Numbered from the whole stretch's first letter, positions 41,274-52,163 are shown. The stretch is 63,172 nt of DNA, filler included, from 5 parts of 5 records of this genome joined end to end with filler, not necessarily neighbours in it; one strand, 5' to 3'. Numbers and translations: made by a program. Notes: generated by a model not told the origin, from the sequence alone.

Positions 41274-42398
41274 TTACATACCTATTAAAATAAAGGCTCC
41301 ATTAACTAAAAATTTATCATTACTGTCTAATTTATCGATTACTTCAATACAGTTGTTATAGGATCTACCAATCTCTACTTTCAATAAATTAAAATAGTAA
41401 TTGTCGTCATTCTCTTCATCTAGAATTAAAGTATAGAAATCTCCGTCTTGTTCTACAATGGTGGTCTCAGGTAATGCTCTTGCTTCTGTTTCCTCTGTTA
41501 CAATTTCTGCATTAACAAACATACCTGTTAAGAACTGATGAGATTCATCAATTGGATGGGCATGTACTGTAATTGTTCTATTTTCTTCAATGGCTGTACC
41601 AACTAAATACACCTTTGCATCATAGGTATCACCAGAAGCTTCTGGAATACTAAACTGTATTTTTTGGTCCTTTTTTATGTGCATAATGTCTTTTTCAAAT
41701 ACAGATAATTCTAAATGAATATGACTGTTATCTATAATTTCTAGTATTGGTGTTGAAGGTGAGACATAAGAGCCTTTTGAAACATTTACTTTAGTAATAC
41801 TTCCATTAATTGGTGCATATAAATTAGTAATTGAGGTTAGTAGTCCTTGTTCTGCTCGCGTTGCACTAATATTTAGCAACGATAGTTGTTTTCTTAGTCC
41901 ATTGTATCTGGCTGTTGTTGATTTATATTCACTTTCGGCTTTTAGATAAACTTTCTGTGAGATAATGTTTTCATCAAACATTGTTTTTTGCCTGTCATAT
42001 TCAGATTTAAGATAATTAAGCTGCTCTTTTACTTCAACATAGTTTTGTTGTAGCCTAACAAATTCAGGATTTTCAATGGTTAATAGGACTTGTCCCTTTT
42101 TGACTTTGTCTCCGACCAATAAGGGTATAGTTTTTACATATCCACCAGTTATAGAATTAACTGTTGCTTTGTTTTCTGGCGGTACGTCAATCATACCATT
42201 GACTTTAATACTTTTAGGAAAGGCTTTCTCTTCTATACTACCCAAAGCCATATTGTTGGCTTTAAACTGCTCTTTTGAAACTACAATGCGGTTGTCTTCT
42301 TTTATATTTTCTGAATTACTCAATTGGTTTTCAGAATTATTACAACCAAAACAAGCAAATAATAGAAGGAAGGTAAAAATGTTATATATATGTTTCAT
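41274..42398 (-). CDS. czcB: Heavy-metal RND efflux periplasmic adaptor (CzcB-like lipoprotein)
   Basis: Lipobox-like FGC, GDKVKKGQVL, hairpin, APING; downstream of czcA. Confidence 0.9.
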   Translation of the reverse strand: MKHIYNIFTFLLLFACFGCNNSENQLSNSENIKEDNRIVVSKEQFKANNMALGSIEEKAFPKSIKVNGMIDVPPENKATVNSITGGYVKTIPLLVGDKVKKGQVLLTIENPEFVRLQQNYVEVKEQLNYLKSEYDRQKTMFDENIISQKVYLKAESEYKSTTARYNGLRKQLSLLNISATRAEQGLLTSITNLYAPINGSITKVNVSKGSYVSPSTPILEIIDNSHIHLELSVFEKDIMHIKKDQKIQFSIPEASGDTYDAKVYLVGTAIEENRTITVHAHPIDESHQFLTGMFVNAEIVTEETEARALPETTIVEQDGDFYTLILDEENDDNYYFNLLKVEIGRSYNNCIEVIDKLDSNDKFLVNGAFILIGM

Positions 42399-42409
42399 GG
42401 CTATTTTTT

Positions 42410-45400
42410 TTATAATGTTAAATAATTAATGGCTATAACCGTTTGGTTATAGGTGTTGAGGTTTTTTAGATAATTGAGTTGTATTTCGTATGCATTTTCC
42501 AGGCTTAAGATATACTGATAAAAATCTATTTCTCCATTTTTAAAACTACTATTAGCAGTTTTTAAAATTTCTCTTGAAAGCTCAGAATCTTCCTGCCCAT
42601 AATAGTCGAGCGCTTTTTGATGCTTATTTAATTGAGATAATAATACATTACTTTTTGTATTTAATTGAATCGCATACTCCTGCAATTGATTAAGCGCGAT
42701 GTTTTCAGAAATCTTAGAGGCTTTTATTTTGGAAGATTTTCCCATAAAGAATAATGGAATTTTTAATCCAATTTGGTAACCGTATAAATTCTGATTGATT
42801 CCAGAATTACTTCCTTGAAAATAATTGAGAGTAACATCTGGTAACAGCTTTTGCTTTTCTAATTTTCTGGCACGCTCTGCTACTGAAATAGCGTTAGAAT
42901 AAAATGACAATTCCGGACTATCCTCTAAATTAATAATTTCAATATTCATTTTTTGTAGTGGCTGAATAGAAATAACCAAACTGTCTTCACTTTGTACTAA
43001 GCTCATCAGCTTATTATACGCTATTGAAACATCTTCTTTAGCTTCGATAAGATTTAAGTTGACCTGACGCTGCTTAGATTTTGCTGTAATTTTTTCTAAA
43101 TAGTTTGTTTCTCCTAACTCAAATCGTCTTTGGGCTGTATTTGAAAAATTTTTATAAAGACTATCTAACGCTTTATGAATTTGTTCTTTTTCTAAAGCAT
43201 ATAGATATTGGTAATAACCAGATTTAATCTGACGCTTTAATGCCTTTTCTTTTATGGCATAGTTCGAATTTTCCAGGTTATAATTAGCACGATTTAATTT
43301 CTTTTGTGAAGAATATACAGTAGGAAACATAAATTCTTGTTGAATCCCAAATACACTTATGGGTTCCTCATTGATGGCTAAATTATTCTGATCATAACCA
43401 TAATAAATTTCGGTTTTGTCAAAGTTAAGGGCGCTATTAATTAAAGCATATGCTCGATTCACTTTTAACTGACTTGCTTTAAAATCGGCATTATTCTCTT
43501 TAGCAATATTAATAAGGTCATCTAATGAATATGAATTGCTTTGACCAAAAGAATTTAATGAGCACAAACTTGCCAAAACAAGTATAACGGATAGAGAAGT
43601 TCCATTAGCTTTTAATTTAATATCATTTTTTTTATAGGTACTGAAATAAGAATAGAGGACTGGCAAAACAACAAGCGTAAGTAGTGTTGCTGTTACTAAA
43701 CCGCCAATAACAACTGTGGCTAATGGACGTTGTACTTCTGCGCCAGCATTTGTAGATATTGCCATAGGTAAAAATCCAAGTGCTGCAGCCGAAGCCGTTA
43801 ATAATACAGCTCTAAGTCGATCTTTTGCACCTTGTTTAATTAATGTCTCCATATCGTTAAATTCTTTATGTTTTAATTCTTTAAAATGCTCTATAAGAAC
43901 AATACCATTTAGCACAGCGATACCAAATAGAGCTATAAATCCGACTCCAGCAGAAATACTAAAAGGCATATCTCTTATCCATAACAATAGTACACCACCA
44001 ACTGCTGCTAATGGAATTGCAGAAAAAATCAGAAGTGCTTCTTTGATAGACTTAAATGCAAAATAGAGTAATATAAAAATGAGAACAAGGGCAATTGGTA
44101 CTGCAAACAATAGTCTCGATTTGGCCGTTTGTAAATTTTCAAACTGACCTCCATAAGTGATGTTATAACCAACAGGAAGATTAATATTATCCTCAATTAA
44201 AGTTTGAACATCATTTACAACAGATTCTAAATCTCGGTTTCTTACATTAATACCAATTACAATTCTTCGTTTAGTATCATCCCTCGAAATTTTTGCTGCA
44301 CCTTTCTTATAGGTGATTTCTGCTAATTCCTGTAACGGAATTTTTCCGTCATTAGGTAAATCCACATATAGGTTTTTTATGTTATCAATATCAGTGCGCT
44401 TAGCTTCGTCCAATCTTACAACGAGATCAAAACGTTTTTCACCTTCAAATACACTACCCACAGTTTTTCCTGCAAATCCCATAGAAAGCATAGTGTTGAG
44501 ATGTTCAATGTTTAGTCCGAATCGAGCTATTTTATCTCGGTTGTACTCAACACTCATTTGAGGTAAACCATCAATCTTTTCTACAGTTATATCAGCTGCT
44601 CCTTCAACATTTTCAATTAAAGTCTTTATCTCACTTCCTTTTTTTGAAAGAATTTCTAAATCCTCACCGAAAATTTTAATAGCAATATCTGCCCTTACAC
44701 CAGTTATAAGTTCATTAAATCGCATTTCAATAGGCTGTGTAAATTCTACTTCCATGCCAGGAATTATGGACAAGGCTTCTTTAAACTTATCGGCAAGCTC
44801 ATCTTTTGATGAAGCAGAAACCCATTCTTTTTTTGGTTTAAGAACAATGATGACATCACTTTCTTCCATAGACATAGGGTCAGTAGGCACTTCTGCTGCG
44901 CCAATCCTCGTTATCACCTGTTTTACTTCTGGAAATTCTTCAAGTAGAATCTGCTCAATTTGAGTTGTTATTTCAACCGTCTTTTTTAAAGAGGTACCTG
45001 TTTTAAGCACAGGTTGAATCACAAAATCACCTTCATCTAATGTGGGCACAAATTCGCCTCCCATAGTCGTAAAGATGTAAATTGAAATAGCTAATAATAC
45101 AGTTGCAAAACCGAGAACTAGTTTTTTACTTTTTAAAGCCCAATTTATAACTGGATCGTATAAGTTATTGAGCCAACGCATTAAGCGAATAGAAATATTT
45201 TTGTTGGATTGTTTAGTAGGTTTAAGGATTAACGAAGCTGCAACAGGCACATATGTAAAACAAAAGATCATGGCACCAATTAGTGCAAAACTAAAGGTGA
45301 GTGCCATTGGCTTAAACATCTTTCCTTCAACACCACTTAATGACAATATTGGTATAAAAACGATAAGAATAATTAGTTGACCAAATATTGCAGAATTCAT

Positions 45401-46747
45401 CATTTTTGAAGCTCCATCAAAGGTAATTTTATCTTTAAATGGCTGTAGATCCTGCTTCGCTATAGATGTTATTTTATGCTGATTTTTTGTTATCTGAAAT
45501 GCAATAAACTCTACTATAATAACGGCTCCATCTATGATAATTCCGAAGTCAATAGCACCGAGACTCATTAAATTGGCATCTACACCAAAAACATACATCA
45601 ATGATAGAGCAAATAACAAGCAAAGCGGAATCACTGATGCGACAACCAAACCAGAACGGATATTACCTAAGAGTATTACAACTACAAAAACAACAATTAG
45701 ACATCCTAAAACTAAATTTTCTGTTACTGTAAAGGTGGTTTTAGCAATTAATTCACTTCGATCGAGAAATGCGTTGATGTAGACACCTTCTGGTAATGAC
45801 TTTGAGATTGATGCTACACGTTCTTGAACGGCTTCAATAACCTCTTTAGAGTTAGCACCTTTTAGCATCATTACTTGCCCAAGCACTTTTTCTCCTTCAC
45901 CATTACCTGTAATGGCTCCAAAACGCGTGGCATCACCAAAACCTACTTTCGCAACATCTTTTATATAGACTGGTATGCCATTGGTATTTTTTATAACAAT
46001 ATTACCAATATCCTCAAGAGAAGAAACCAGACCATCACCTCTAATAAAATAAGCCTGATTTACTTTTTCAATATAGCCTCCGCCAGCGACACTGTTATTT
46101 AATTCTAATGCCTCAAAAACTTCGTGAGCCGAAATCTTCATAGCATTCAATTTATCAGTATTTAATGCTACCTCGTATTGTTTTAGAAAACCTCCCCAAG
46201 TATTTACCTCAACAACTCCAGGTATGCCAGACAATTGTCTTTTTACAATCCAGTCTTGGATAGTTCTGAGATCTTGTGGTGTATAAGAATTCTTATACTC
46301 GTGTTCTACATCAAGGATATATTGGTAAATTTCACCTAAACCCGTAGTTATTGGTCCCATCTCTGGTTTGCCAAAACCACTAGGTATTTTTTCAGACGCA
46401 GATTCTATTTTTTCTGCAATGAGTTGTCTTGGTAAATAGGTGCCTATATCATCATTAAAAACTATAGTAACTACAGATAAACCAAACTTTGAAATGGAAC
46501 GTATTTCTTCTACACTAGGTAGGTTCGCCATTTCTAATTCTACAGGATAGGTGATAAACTGTTCCATATCTTGTGTAGAAAGATTTCGGGATGTTGTAAT
46601 TACTTGTACTTGATTGTTGGTGACATCTGGTACGGCACCAATTGAAATTTGAGATAGTGAAAACAACCCAAATCCAATAATGAACAAAGTAAAAACTAGA
46701 ATAATGAACTTATTCTTTAAGCTAAAATTGATAATGTGTGATAACAT
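42410..46747 (-). CDS. czcA: CusA/CzcA-family heavy-metal RND transporter fused to a C-terminal TolC-like domain
   Basis: GAVPDVTNNQVQV, GAIDFGIIIDGAV, RPLATVVIGG; the extra ~400 aa carry RRFELGETNYLE and FKNGEIDF outer-membrane-factor motifs. Confidence 0.94.
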   Translation of the reverse strand: MLSHIINFSLKNKFIILVFTLFIIGFGLFSLSQISIGAVPDVTNNQVQVITTSRNLSTQDMEQFITYPVELEMANLPSVEEIRSISKFGLSVVTIVFNDDIGTYLPRQLIAEKIESASEKIPSGFGKPEMGPITTGLGEIYQYILDVEHEYKNSYTPQDLRTIQDWIVKRQLSGIPGVVEVNTWGGFLKQYEVALNTDKLNAMKISAHEVFEALELNNSVAGGGYIEKVNQAYFIRGDGLVSSLEDIGNIVIKNTNGIPVYIKDVAKVGFGDATRFGAITGNGEGEKVLGQVMMLKGANSKEVIEAVQERVASISKSLPEGVYINAFLDRSELIAKTTFTVTENLVLGCLIVVFVVVILLGNIRSGLVVASVIPLCLLFALSLMYVFGVDANLMSLGAIDFGIIIDGAVIIVEFIAFQITKNQHKITSIAKQDLQPFKDKITFDGASKMMNSAIFGQLIILIVFIPILSLSGVEGKMFKPMALTFSFALIGAMIFCFTYVPVAASLILKPTKQSNKNISIRLMRWLNNLYDPVINWALKSKKLVLGFATVLLAISIYIFTTMGGEFVPTLDEGDFVIQPVLKTGTSLKKTVEITTQIEQILLEEFPEVKQVITRIGAAEVPTDPMSMEESDVIIVLKPKKEWVSASSKDELADKFKEALSIIPGMEVEFTQPIEMRFNELITGVRADIAIKIFGEDLEILSKKGSEIKTLIENVEGAADITVEKIDGLPQMSVEYNRDKIARFGLNIEHLNTMLSMGFAGKTVGSVFEGEKRFDLVVRLDEAKRTDIDNIKNLYVDLPNDGKIPLQELAEITYKKGAAKISRDDTKRRIVIGINVRNRDLESVVNDVQTLIEDNINLPVGYNITYGGQFENLQTAKSRLLFAVPIALVLIFILLYFAFKSIKEALLIFSAIPLAAVGGVLLLWIRDMPFSISAGVGFIALFGIAVLNGIVLIEHFKELKHKEFNDMETLIKQGAKDRLRAVLLTASAAALGFLPMAISTNAGAEVQRPLATVVIGGLVTATLLTLVVLPVLYSYFSTYKKNDIKLKANGTSLSVILVLASLCSLNSFGQSNSYSLDDLINIAKENNADFKASQLKVNRAYALINSALNFDKTEIYYGYDQNNLAINEEPISVFGIQQEFMFPTVYSSQKKLNRANYNLENSNYAIKEKALKRQIKSGYYQYLYALEKEQIHKALDSLYKNFSNTAQRRFELGETNYLEKITAKSKQRQVNLNLIEAKEDVSIAYNKLMSLVQSEDSLVISIQPLQKMNIEIINLEDSPELSFYSNAISVAERARKLEKQKLLPDVTLNYFQGSNSGINQNLYGYQIGLKIPLFFMGKSSKIKASKISENIALNQLQEYAIQLNTKSNVLLSQLNKHQKALDYYGQEDSELSREILKTANSSFKNGEIDFYQYILSLENAYEIQLNYLKNLNTYNQTVIAINYLTL

Positions 46748-46818
46748 AATTCATAAATAAAAGTAACCTCAACTTATCATCTAATAAGCTGAAAAAGAAA
46801 ATTTTAAGAGAAAATGAA

Positions 46819-47217
46819 TTATGCTTGCCTCGGAGGTTGTAAGAGTTCTTTCTCGTGAAGAGATGAGTACAAATTTAAATAGTAAAAATTAGATTCTGAA
46901 GTATTGACAACCTCAACAGCATTAACACTATTACAGTTTTTAAATGGTAACGAAGCAATTATAACAGTACTATGACCTTGACATTGAAATGGTAATTGTT
47001 CATGGTCTTTTTGCTCCTCTTGGTGGTTTTTGCTGTGTTCTACTTTTAACTCACCGTAATGCTTAGATACAAATACAAAGAAGTTATCTCCATATTCTTG
47101 TTTATGAAATTGCGCATGCTCTATCAGTTCATCTATTTGCAGAATATCTTCTGCTCCTATATGAAAACTTTGGATTAAAACAAATCCCGATAATATTATG
47201 GCTATTAATTTACTCAC
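46819..47217 (-). CDS. His-rich exported hypothetical protein, first gene of the czc operon
   Basis: Signal-like N-terminus; LIEHAQFH, HSKNHQEEQKDHEQLPF, terminal QPPR; TAACTTTG -7 element at 47230-47223. Confidence 0.78.
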   Translation of the reverse strand: MSKLIAIILSGFVLIQSFHIGAEDILQIDELIEHAQFHKQEYGDNFFVFVSKHYGELKVEHSKNHQEEQKDHEQLPFQCQGHSTVIIASLPFKNCNSVNAVEVVNTSESNFYYLNLYSSLHEKELLQPPRQA

Positions 47218-47287
47218 CTACACAAAGTTAGTAAATTCTTTAGTATGAAAGTTGACAAATGTCAGGCTTTAAATTTTTCAGTATAGT

Positions 47288-47425
47288 CTAGTGACAACCA
47301 CAATCATCAGTTCCACAACCATTTGAAGATTTTTTCTTAGGAGACCAAATATATTTTTTCACTAAATAGATGAGCGCTATTGAAAGAGCAGAAAACACTA
47401 ATATATTTTGAATTATAGTATTCAT
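47288..47425 (-). CDS. FeoB-associated Cys-rich small membrane protein (45 aa; not in the ORF track)
   Basis: Manual translation MNTIIQNILVFSALSIALIYLVKKYIWSPKKKSSNGCGTDDCGCH*; the ATG directly follows the feoB TAG. Confidence 0.88.
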   Translation of the reverse strand: MNTIIQNILVFSALSIALIYLVKKYIWSPKKKSSNGCGTDDCGCH

Positions 47426-49525
47426 CTATTTTAATAATTGAAAAGCTATCAATGCTACAATGTAAGCAAATGCACTCATGATAACAAGTTGATATATAGG
47501 CCATTTCCACGAATTAGTTTCGCGTTTCACAATGGCTAATGTACTCATACACTGCATGGCAAAAGCATAGAATAATAACAATGAGATGCCTGATGCAAAG
47601 TTAAATAGAGGTCCTCCCAGAATTGGATTAACCTCACCAGCCATTCTGTTTTTAATGGTTTCTTCTTCATCGCTACCCACACTGTAAATGGTTGCTAATG
47701 TACCTACAAAGACTTCACGTGCTGCAAAGGAGCTTACGATGGCAATTCCGATTTTCCAATCATATCCTAAGGGTCTAATTACAGGTTCTATAGCTCTACC
47801 AGTTAAACCAATGAAAGAATGCTCTAGTTTATGTGAGGCAATTTTTTGCTGTAATTCATCATTAGATAAATTCTCTGAAGCATATTGTTCGGTAACTATT
47901 GCCTCGGCATTATTAAAGTCTTCACCAGGTCCATAAGATGCTAAAAACCATAATACTATTGAAATGGCTAATATTATTTTTCCTGCTCCAAAAACAAAGG
48001 CTTTTGTTTTTTCTAAAACAGTTAAGCCAACATTTTTTAAAAGTGGTAGTTTGTAATTAGGCATTTCTACAACAAAAAATGATTTACTTCTAATTTTTAA
48101 TATTTTATGAAGAATCCAGGCAGAACCAACAGCAGCAGCGAATCCAATTAAGTATAACAGCATTAAGGTTAATGCTTGATAACTTAGACCAAAAATACGA
48201 CCTTCAGGAATTACTAATGCAATAATAATAAGGTATACTGGTAAGCGTGCAGAGCAAGTCGTAAAAGGAGTTACTAAAATTGTTATTAATCGTTCTTTCC
48301 AACTTTCTATATTACGTGTCGCCATAATAGCAGGTATGGCGCATGCTGTTCCTGAAATTAAAGGCACAACACTCTTGCCACTGAGCCCAAAACGACGCAT
48401 TACTCTATCCATTAAGAATACAACACGGCTCATATAGCCACTTTCTTCTAAAATGGATATAAATAGAAATAGAAATGCAATTTGTGGAATAAAAATCACA
48501 ATACCACCAAGTCCAGGGATAATACCTTCTGCTATCAAATTCGTAAATGTACCTTCTGGTAGAGCACCTTTAACCCATTCACTTAATGAAGCAAAGTTAC
48601 TATCTATAAAATCCATTGGCACACTAGACCAATCATATATTGCTTGAAAAATGGTCAGTAAAATGATACCAAAAATTAAATAACCCCAAACCTTATGAGT
48701 TAAAATTCTATCGAGTTTAATTCGTAAATCTTTTGCAGAATTAAGGTCTATGGTTTGTCCCTTCTTAAGGGTGTCATTAATAAATTGGTAGCGTTTAATG
48801 GTTTCCTTTTGTTGCAGTCGCTTTAAATCTGCTTTAGATTTTGTTTTAAAATCAGAAACAGCGTCTATAGAGTTTCTATCAGTTTTACCAAAGTTGACGT
48901 CTTGTGTAATAACCAACCACAGTTTATAAAGTAGTTGGTTAGGGAATGCTTTTCTTAAATTATCAAAATACGTTTTATCAATTGCTGAAGCATTCATACA
49001 AGGTTTTGTAGAAAGGTCCTTATAATTTGCTATTAGGTCTTTTAAAGTATCAATACCTTTGTTTTTTCTGGTACTTATTAAAGCAATTTTGGTCTCTAAT
49101 GTTTTCTCTAAATAATCAATATCTAATGAAATACCCTTATATACCATACGGTCAGACATATTTATGACCAATATTGATGGAATTTCTAAATCCTTAATTT
49201 GAGTAAACAAAAGAAGATTACGTTTAAGATTTTCAACATCACTCACAACGACAGCTACATCTGGAAAATCCTTATCATTCTTGTTTAAAAGTAATTCTAT
49301 AACAACATTTTCATCTAAAGAAGAAGCGTTTAAACTATAAGTCCCCGGGAGATCTATGATATGGGCCTTTACACCGCGAGGAAGTTCACAAATACCTTCT
49401 TTTTTCTCAACAGTAATACCAGGATAGTTCCCTACCTTTTGATTTAAACCAGTTAGTGAATTAAAAACAGATGTTTTTCCTGTATTTGGATTGCCAATTA
49501 GTGCTACATTAATCTGTTTAGCCAT
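47426..49525 (-). CDS. feoB: Ferrous iron transporter B
   Basis: GNPNTGKT, NYPGITVEK, DLPGTYSL, LEESGYMSR, CSARLPVY. Confidence 0.97.
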   Translation of the reverse strand: MAKQINVALIGNPNTGKTSVFNSLTGLNQKVGNYPGITVEKKEGICELPRGVKAHIIDLPGTYSLNASSLDENVVIELLLNKNDKDFPDVAVVVSDVENLKRNLLLFTQIKDLEIPSILVINMSDRMVYKGISLDIDYLEKTLETKIALISTRKNKGIDTLKDLIANYKDLSTKPCMNASAIDKTYFDNLRKAFPNQLLYKLWLVITQDVNFGKTDRNSIDAVSDFKTKSKADLKRLQQKETIKRYQFINDTLKKGQTIDLNSAKDLRIKLDRILTHKVWGYLIFGIILLTIFQAIYDWSSVPMDFIDSNFASLSEWVKGALPEGTFTNLIAEGIIPGLGGIVIFIPQIAFLFLFISILEESGYMSRVVFLMDRVMRRFGLSGKSVVPLISGTACAIPAIMATRNIESWKERLITILVTPFTTCSARLPVYLIIIALVIPEGRIFGLSYQALTLMLLYLIGFAAAVGSAWILHKILKIRSKSFFVVEMPNYKLPLLKNVGLTVLEKTKAFVFGAGKIILAISIVLWFLASYGPGEDFNNAEAIVTEQYASENLSNDELQQKIASHKLEHSFIGLTGRAIEPVIRPLGYDWKIGIAIVSSFAAREVFVGTLATIYSVGSDEEETIKNRMAGEVNPILGGPLFNFASGISLLLFYAFAMQCMSTLAIVKRETNSWKWPIYQLVIMSAFAYIVALIAFQLLK

Positions 49526-49745
49526 CTATTGTTTCTATTTGTATATGAATAGCTGTTTCTTTTCTAATCGCTAGATGAGATCCATTAATATTTAAATAAA
49601 GAGGATCTGAAAATGGAGCAACTTGCACCAACTCAACTGTATTACCTGGCAAACAACCCATTTCGAGCAATTTTAATGGTATGTGAATAGAAGAGACATC
49701 TGTTATAATGCCTTGTTGTCCACGTTTTAAGTCAGCTAATGTCAC
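49518..49745 (-). CDS. feoA: Ferrous iron transport protein A
   Basis: LLEMGCLPG, APFSDP, LAIRKE; overlaps feoB. Confidence 0.93.
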   Translation of the reverse strand: MTLADLKRGQQGIITDVSSIHIPLKLLEMGCLPGNTVELVQVAPFSDPLYLNINGSHLAIRKETAIHIQIETIDG

Positions 49746-49754
49746 CTTAAGCTT

Positions 49755-49773
49755 ATTTAGATTAATTTTAAAG
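49755..49773. promoter_or_regulatory. Probable Fur-type box upstream of feoA
   Basis: ATTTAGATTAATTTTAAAG, an imperfect TTTAGA-N5-TCTAAA palindrome directly downstream of a TATTTTTG -7 element (minus strand, 49784-49777). Confidence 0.55.
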
Positions 49774-49825
49774 AAGCAAAAATAAGCTAAAAATTTAAGG
49801 CTTTAATGCTCTTTTTTTGAAGAAT

Positions 49826-50500
49826 TTAAGATTCTTCTTTTAACGTTTTAATATCTTCTAGTAGACGATCAATATCCTCAGGATTAGTGCCATCATAGAA
49901 ACCTCTGATTTGACGTTTTTTATCAATCAACATAAAATTTTCGGTATGTATCATATCATATTCATCGCCATTGCCATCAGTTTTTACCGCTAAATAGCTT
50001 TTTCTTGCTAATTCATAGATCTGTTTTTTATCTCCTGTGACTAGATTCCATTTTCTATCGATGACTCCTTTTTTAATAGCATATTTTTTAAGTTGGGCAA
50101 CGCTATCAATTTTTGGTGTTACCGAATGTGATAAAAGCATAACGTCGTCATCATTTATAATTTCTTTTTGTATTTGGTACATATGATCTGTCATGATAGT
50201 ACAAATCGTTTGGCAAGTAGTAAAGAAGAAATCAGCTATATAAATTTTATCTTTGTAAGTATCTTGGGTAATAGTTTCACCATTCTGATTGATGAGACTA
50301 AAATCAGCAATTTTATGGTATTTTGCTTTGTGTTGAATAGTGCTGTCTACCAATTCTTCGCTCACAGAAGATGGATTCCATATAGGCAATGGTTTTTTTA
50401 CATTAAGGATATTGTATATAATAGCTATGATAATTACGCATAGAATAGAAAAGAAAATTCCGAAGTTTTTGTAACCTTTAAAAAACGAGAGAAATGACAT
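49826..50500 (-). CDS. SCO1/SenC-family copper chaperone
   Basis: N-terminal TM; FFTTCQTIC (CxxxC); MIHTENF. Confidence 0.93.
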   Translation of the reverse strand: MSFLSFFKGYKNFGIFFSILCVIIIAIIYNILNVKKPLPIWNPSSVSEELVDSTIQHKAKYHKIADFSLINQNGETITQDTYKDKIYIADFFFTTCQTICTIMTDHMYQIQKEIINDDDVMLLSHSVTPKIDSVAQLKKYAIKKGVIDRKWNLVTGDKKQIYELARKSYLAVKTDGNGDEYDMIHTENFMLIDKKRQIRGFYDGTNPEDIDRLLEDIKTLKEES

Positions 50501-50693
50501 TATAAGGGCTTAATAATTATGTGCTGCAAAGGTACAATTCGGTTTAATTTTCTTAAACTATTTTAACACAAATATGTTGTTATATCACATGGTATTATAA
50601 ATCCGTGTTAAAATTAAATTGAATAGAATTACATAAGTTTTCTAAATGCCTTGAAAAGATTACTTTTGTCAATCGAAATTTGAAAATGATTAC

Positions 50694-52034
50694 ATGGAAT
50701 TTATTATAAAAATATCTCAATTCTTACTGAGTTTATCTTTACTTATTGTTTTACATGAGTTGGGTCACTTTATACCTGCTAAACTTTTTAAAACAAAAGT
50801 TGAAAAGTTCTACTTATTCTTCGATGTAAAGTATTCACTATTTAAAAAGAAAATAGGAGATACGGTATACGGAATCGGCTGGTTGCCATTAGGTGGTTAC
50901 GTTAAAATAGCAGGAATGATTGATGAAAGTATGGATAAAGAACAAATGGCTCTACCACCTCAGCCGTGGGAATTTCGTTCTAAACCAGCTTGGCAGCGCT
51001 TAATTATAATGTTAGGTGGTGTAACTGTAAACTTTATATTGGCCTATATTATTTATGTAGCCATGTCATTAGCTTATGGTGATTCAGTTGTGAAGGTAGA
51101 TAGCTTAAAAGATGGCTATTGGATTGAAAACCCAACACTAATAGAAGCTGGTTTTAAAACTGGAGATAAAGTTGTTGCTATAAATGACACACCGATAATT
51201 AATGATTCCGATATAGGACTCAACATAATAAAGGCGGAAAACATCACCATAAAGCGAAATGGTGAAGAACAAACAATTAATTTACCTGAAGATTTTTTGG
51301 GACAGTTGTCTTCTACCGGATCAAAAGATTTATTTGAGTTTAGAGTGCCTTTTATGGTTTATGAAATTGCAGATAGCTCATTAAATGCAGGTAAAAACAT
51401 TAAAGTTGGTGATGTTATAACGCACATTAATGCACAAAAATTAAAATATTTTGATCAGTTAGATAGCGTTATTGGGAATCAAAAAAATAGCACTGTTAAT
51501 GCTACTATTTTAAGAGATGGTAAAACTGTTAATACAGATTTACATGTTAATAAAGAAGGTAAGTTTGGAATACGTCCTTACGCTAGTAATCCAAAATTTG
51601 AAGAATTAGGATATTATGAGGTGACTAGAAAGAGCTATTCTTTTGGAGAGAGTTTTGGTGCTGGCTGGAGAAAATTCACAAAAACTATAAGTAATTATGG
51701 GGACCAATTAGCGGCAATATTTAATCCTAAGACAGGTGCATATAAAGGATTAGGTGGGTTTAAAGCTATCTATGATCAGTTTTCTAGCGTATGGAGTTGG
51801 CCATATTTTTGGGGCTTAACCGCATTTTTATCAATAATGCTGGCAATTTTAAATCTATTACCAATTCCAGCGTTAGATGGTGGACATGTAATGTTCTTGC
51901 TATATGAAATGATTTCTGGTCGTAAACCAAGTGAGAAGTTTTTAGAACGTGCTCAAATCGTTGGTTTCTTTATTTTAATTGCTTTGGTATTATTTGCTAA
52001 TGGTAATGACATATTTAAAGCAATAACTAGGTAA
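50694..52034 (+). CDS. rseP: RIP metalloprotease RseP
   Basis: HELGH, LGGYVKI, two PDZ-like segments, NLLPIPALDGG. Confidence 0.95.
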   Translation: MEFIIKISQFLLSLSLLIVLHELGHFIPAKLFKTKVEKFYLFFDVKYSLFKKKIGDTVYGIGWLPLGGYVKIAGMIDESMDKEQMALPPQPWEFRSKPAWQRLIIMLGGVTVNFILAYIIYVAMSLAYGDSVVKVDSLKDGYWIENPTLIEAGFKTGDKVVAINDTPIINDSDIGLNIIKAENITIKRNGEEQTINLPEDFLGQLSSTGSKDLFEFRVPFMVYEIADSSLNAGKNIKVGDVITHINAQKLKYFDQLDSVIGNQKNSTVNATILRDGKTVNTDLHVNKEGKFGIRPYASNPKFEELGYYEVTRKSYSFGESFGAGWRKFTKTISNYGDQLAAIFNPKTGAYKGLGGFKAIYDQFSSVWSWPYFWGLTAFLSIMLAILNLLPIPALDGGHVMFLLYEMISGRKPSEKFLERAQIVGFFILIALVLFANGNDIFKAITR

Positions 52035-52127
52035 AAAATTTAATACAAAAGCCTCAATTTTTAAACATACATATTGCGGCAATTAAAAAAATAATATATA
52101 TTTGCGCTCGCTAAGGCGAAAAAATCT

Positions 52128-52163
52128 TCCTCTTTAGCTCAGTTGGTTAGAGCATCTGACTGT
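52128..52163 (+). tRNA. tRNA-Asn(GTT), 5' half (truncated by contig end)
   Basis: TCCTCTT-TA-GCTCAGTTGGTTAGAGC-A-TCTGA-CT-GT..; TATATTTG -7 element at 52097-52104. The third anticodon base lies in the gap, so Asn is inferred from the TCC start and GT. Confidence 0.85.

Noticed and set aside
42410-46747. CzcA-TolC fusion as a novelty
   Set aside because: This ~1450-aa fusion is common in Bacteroidota.
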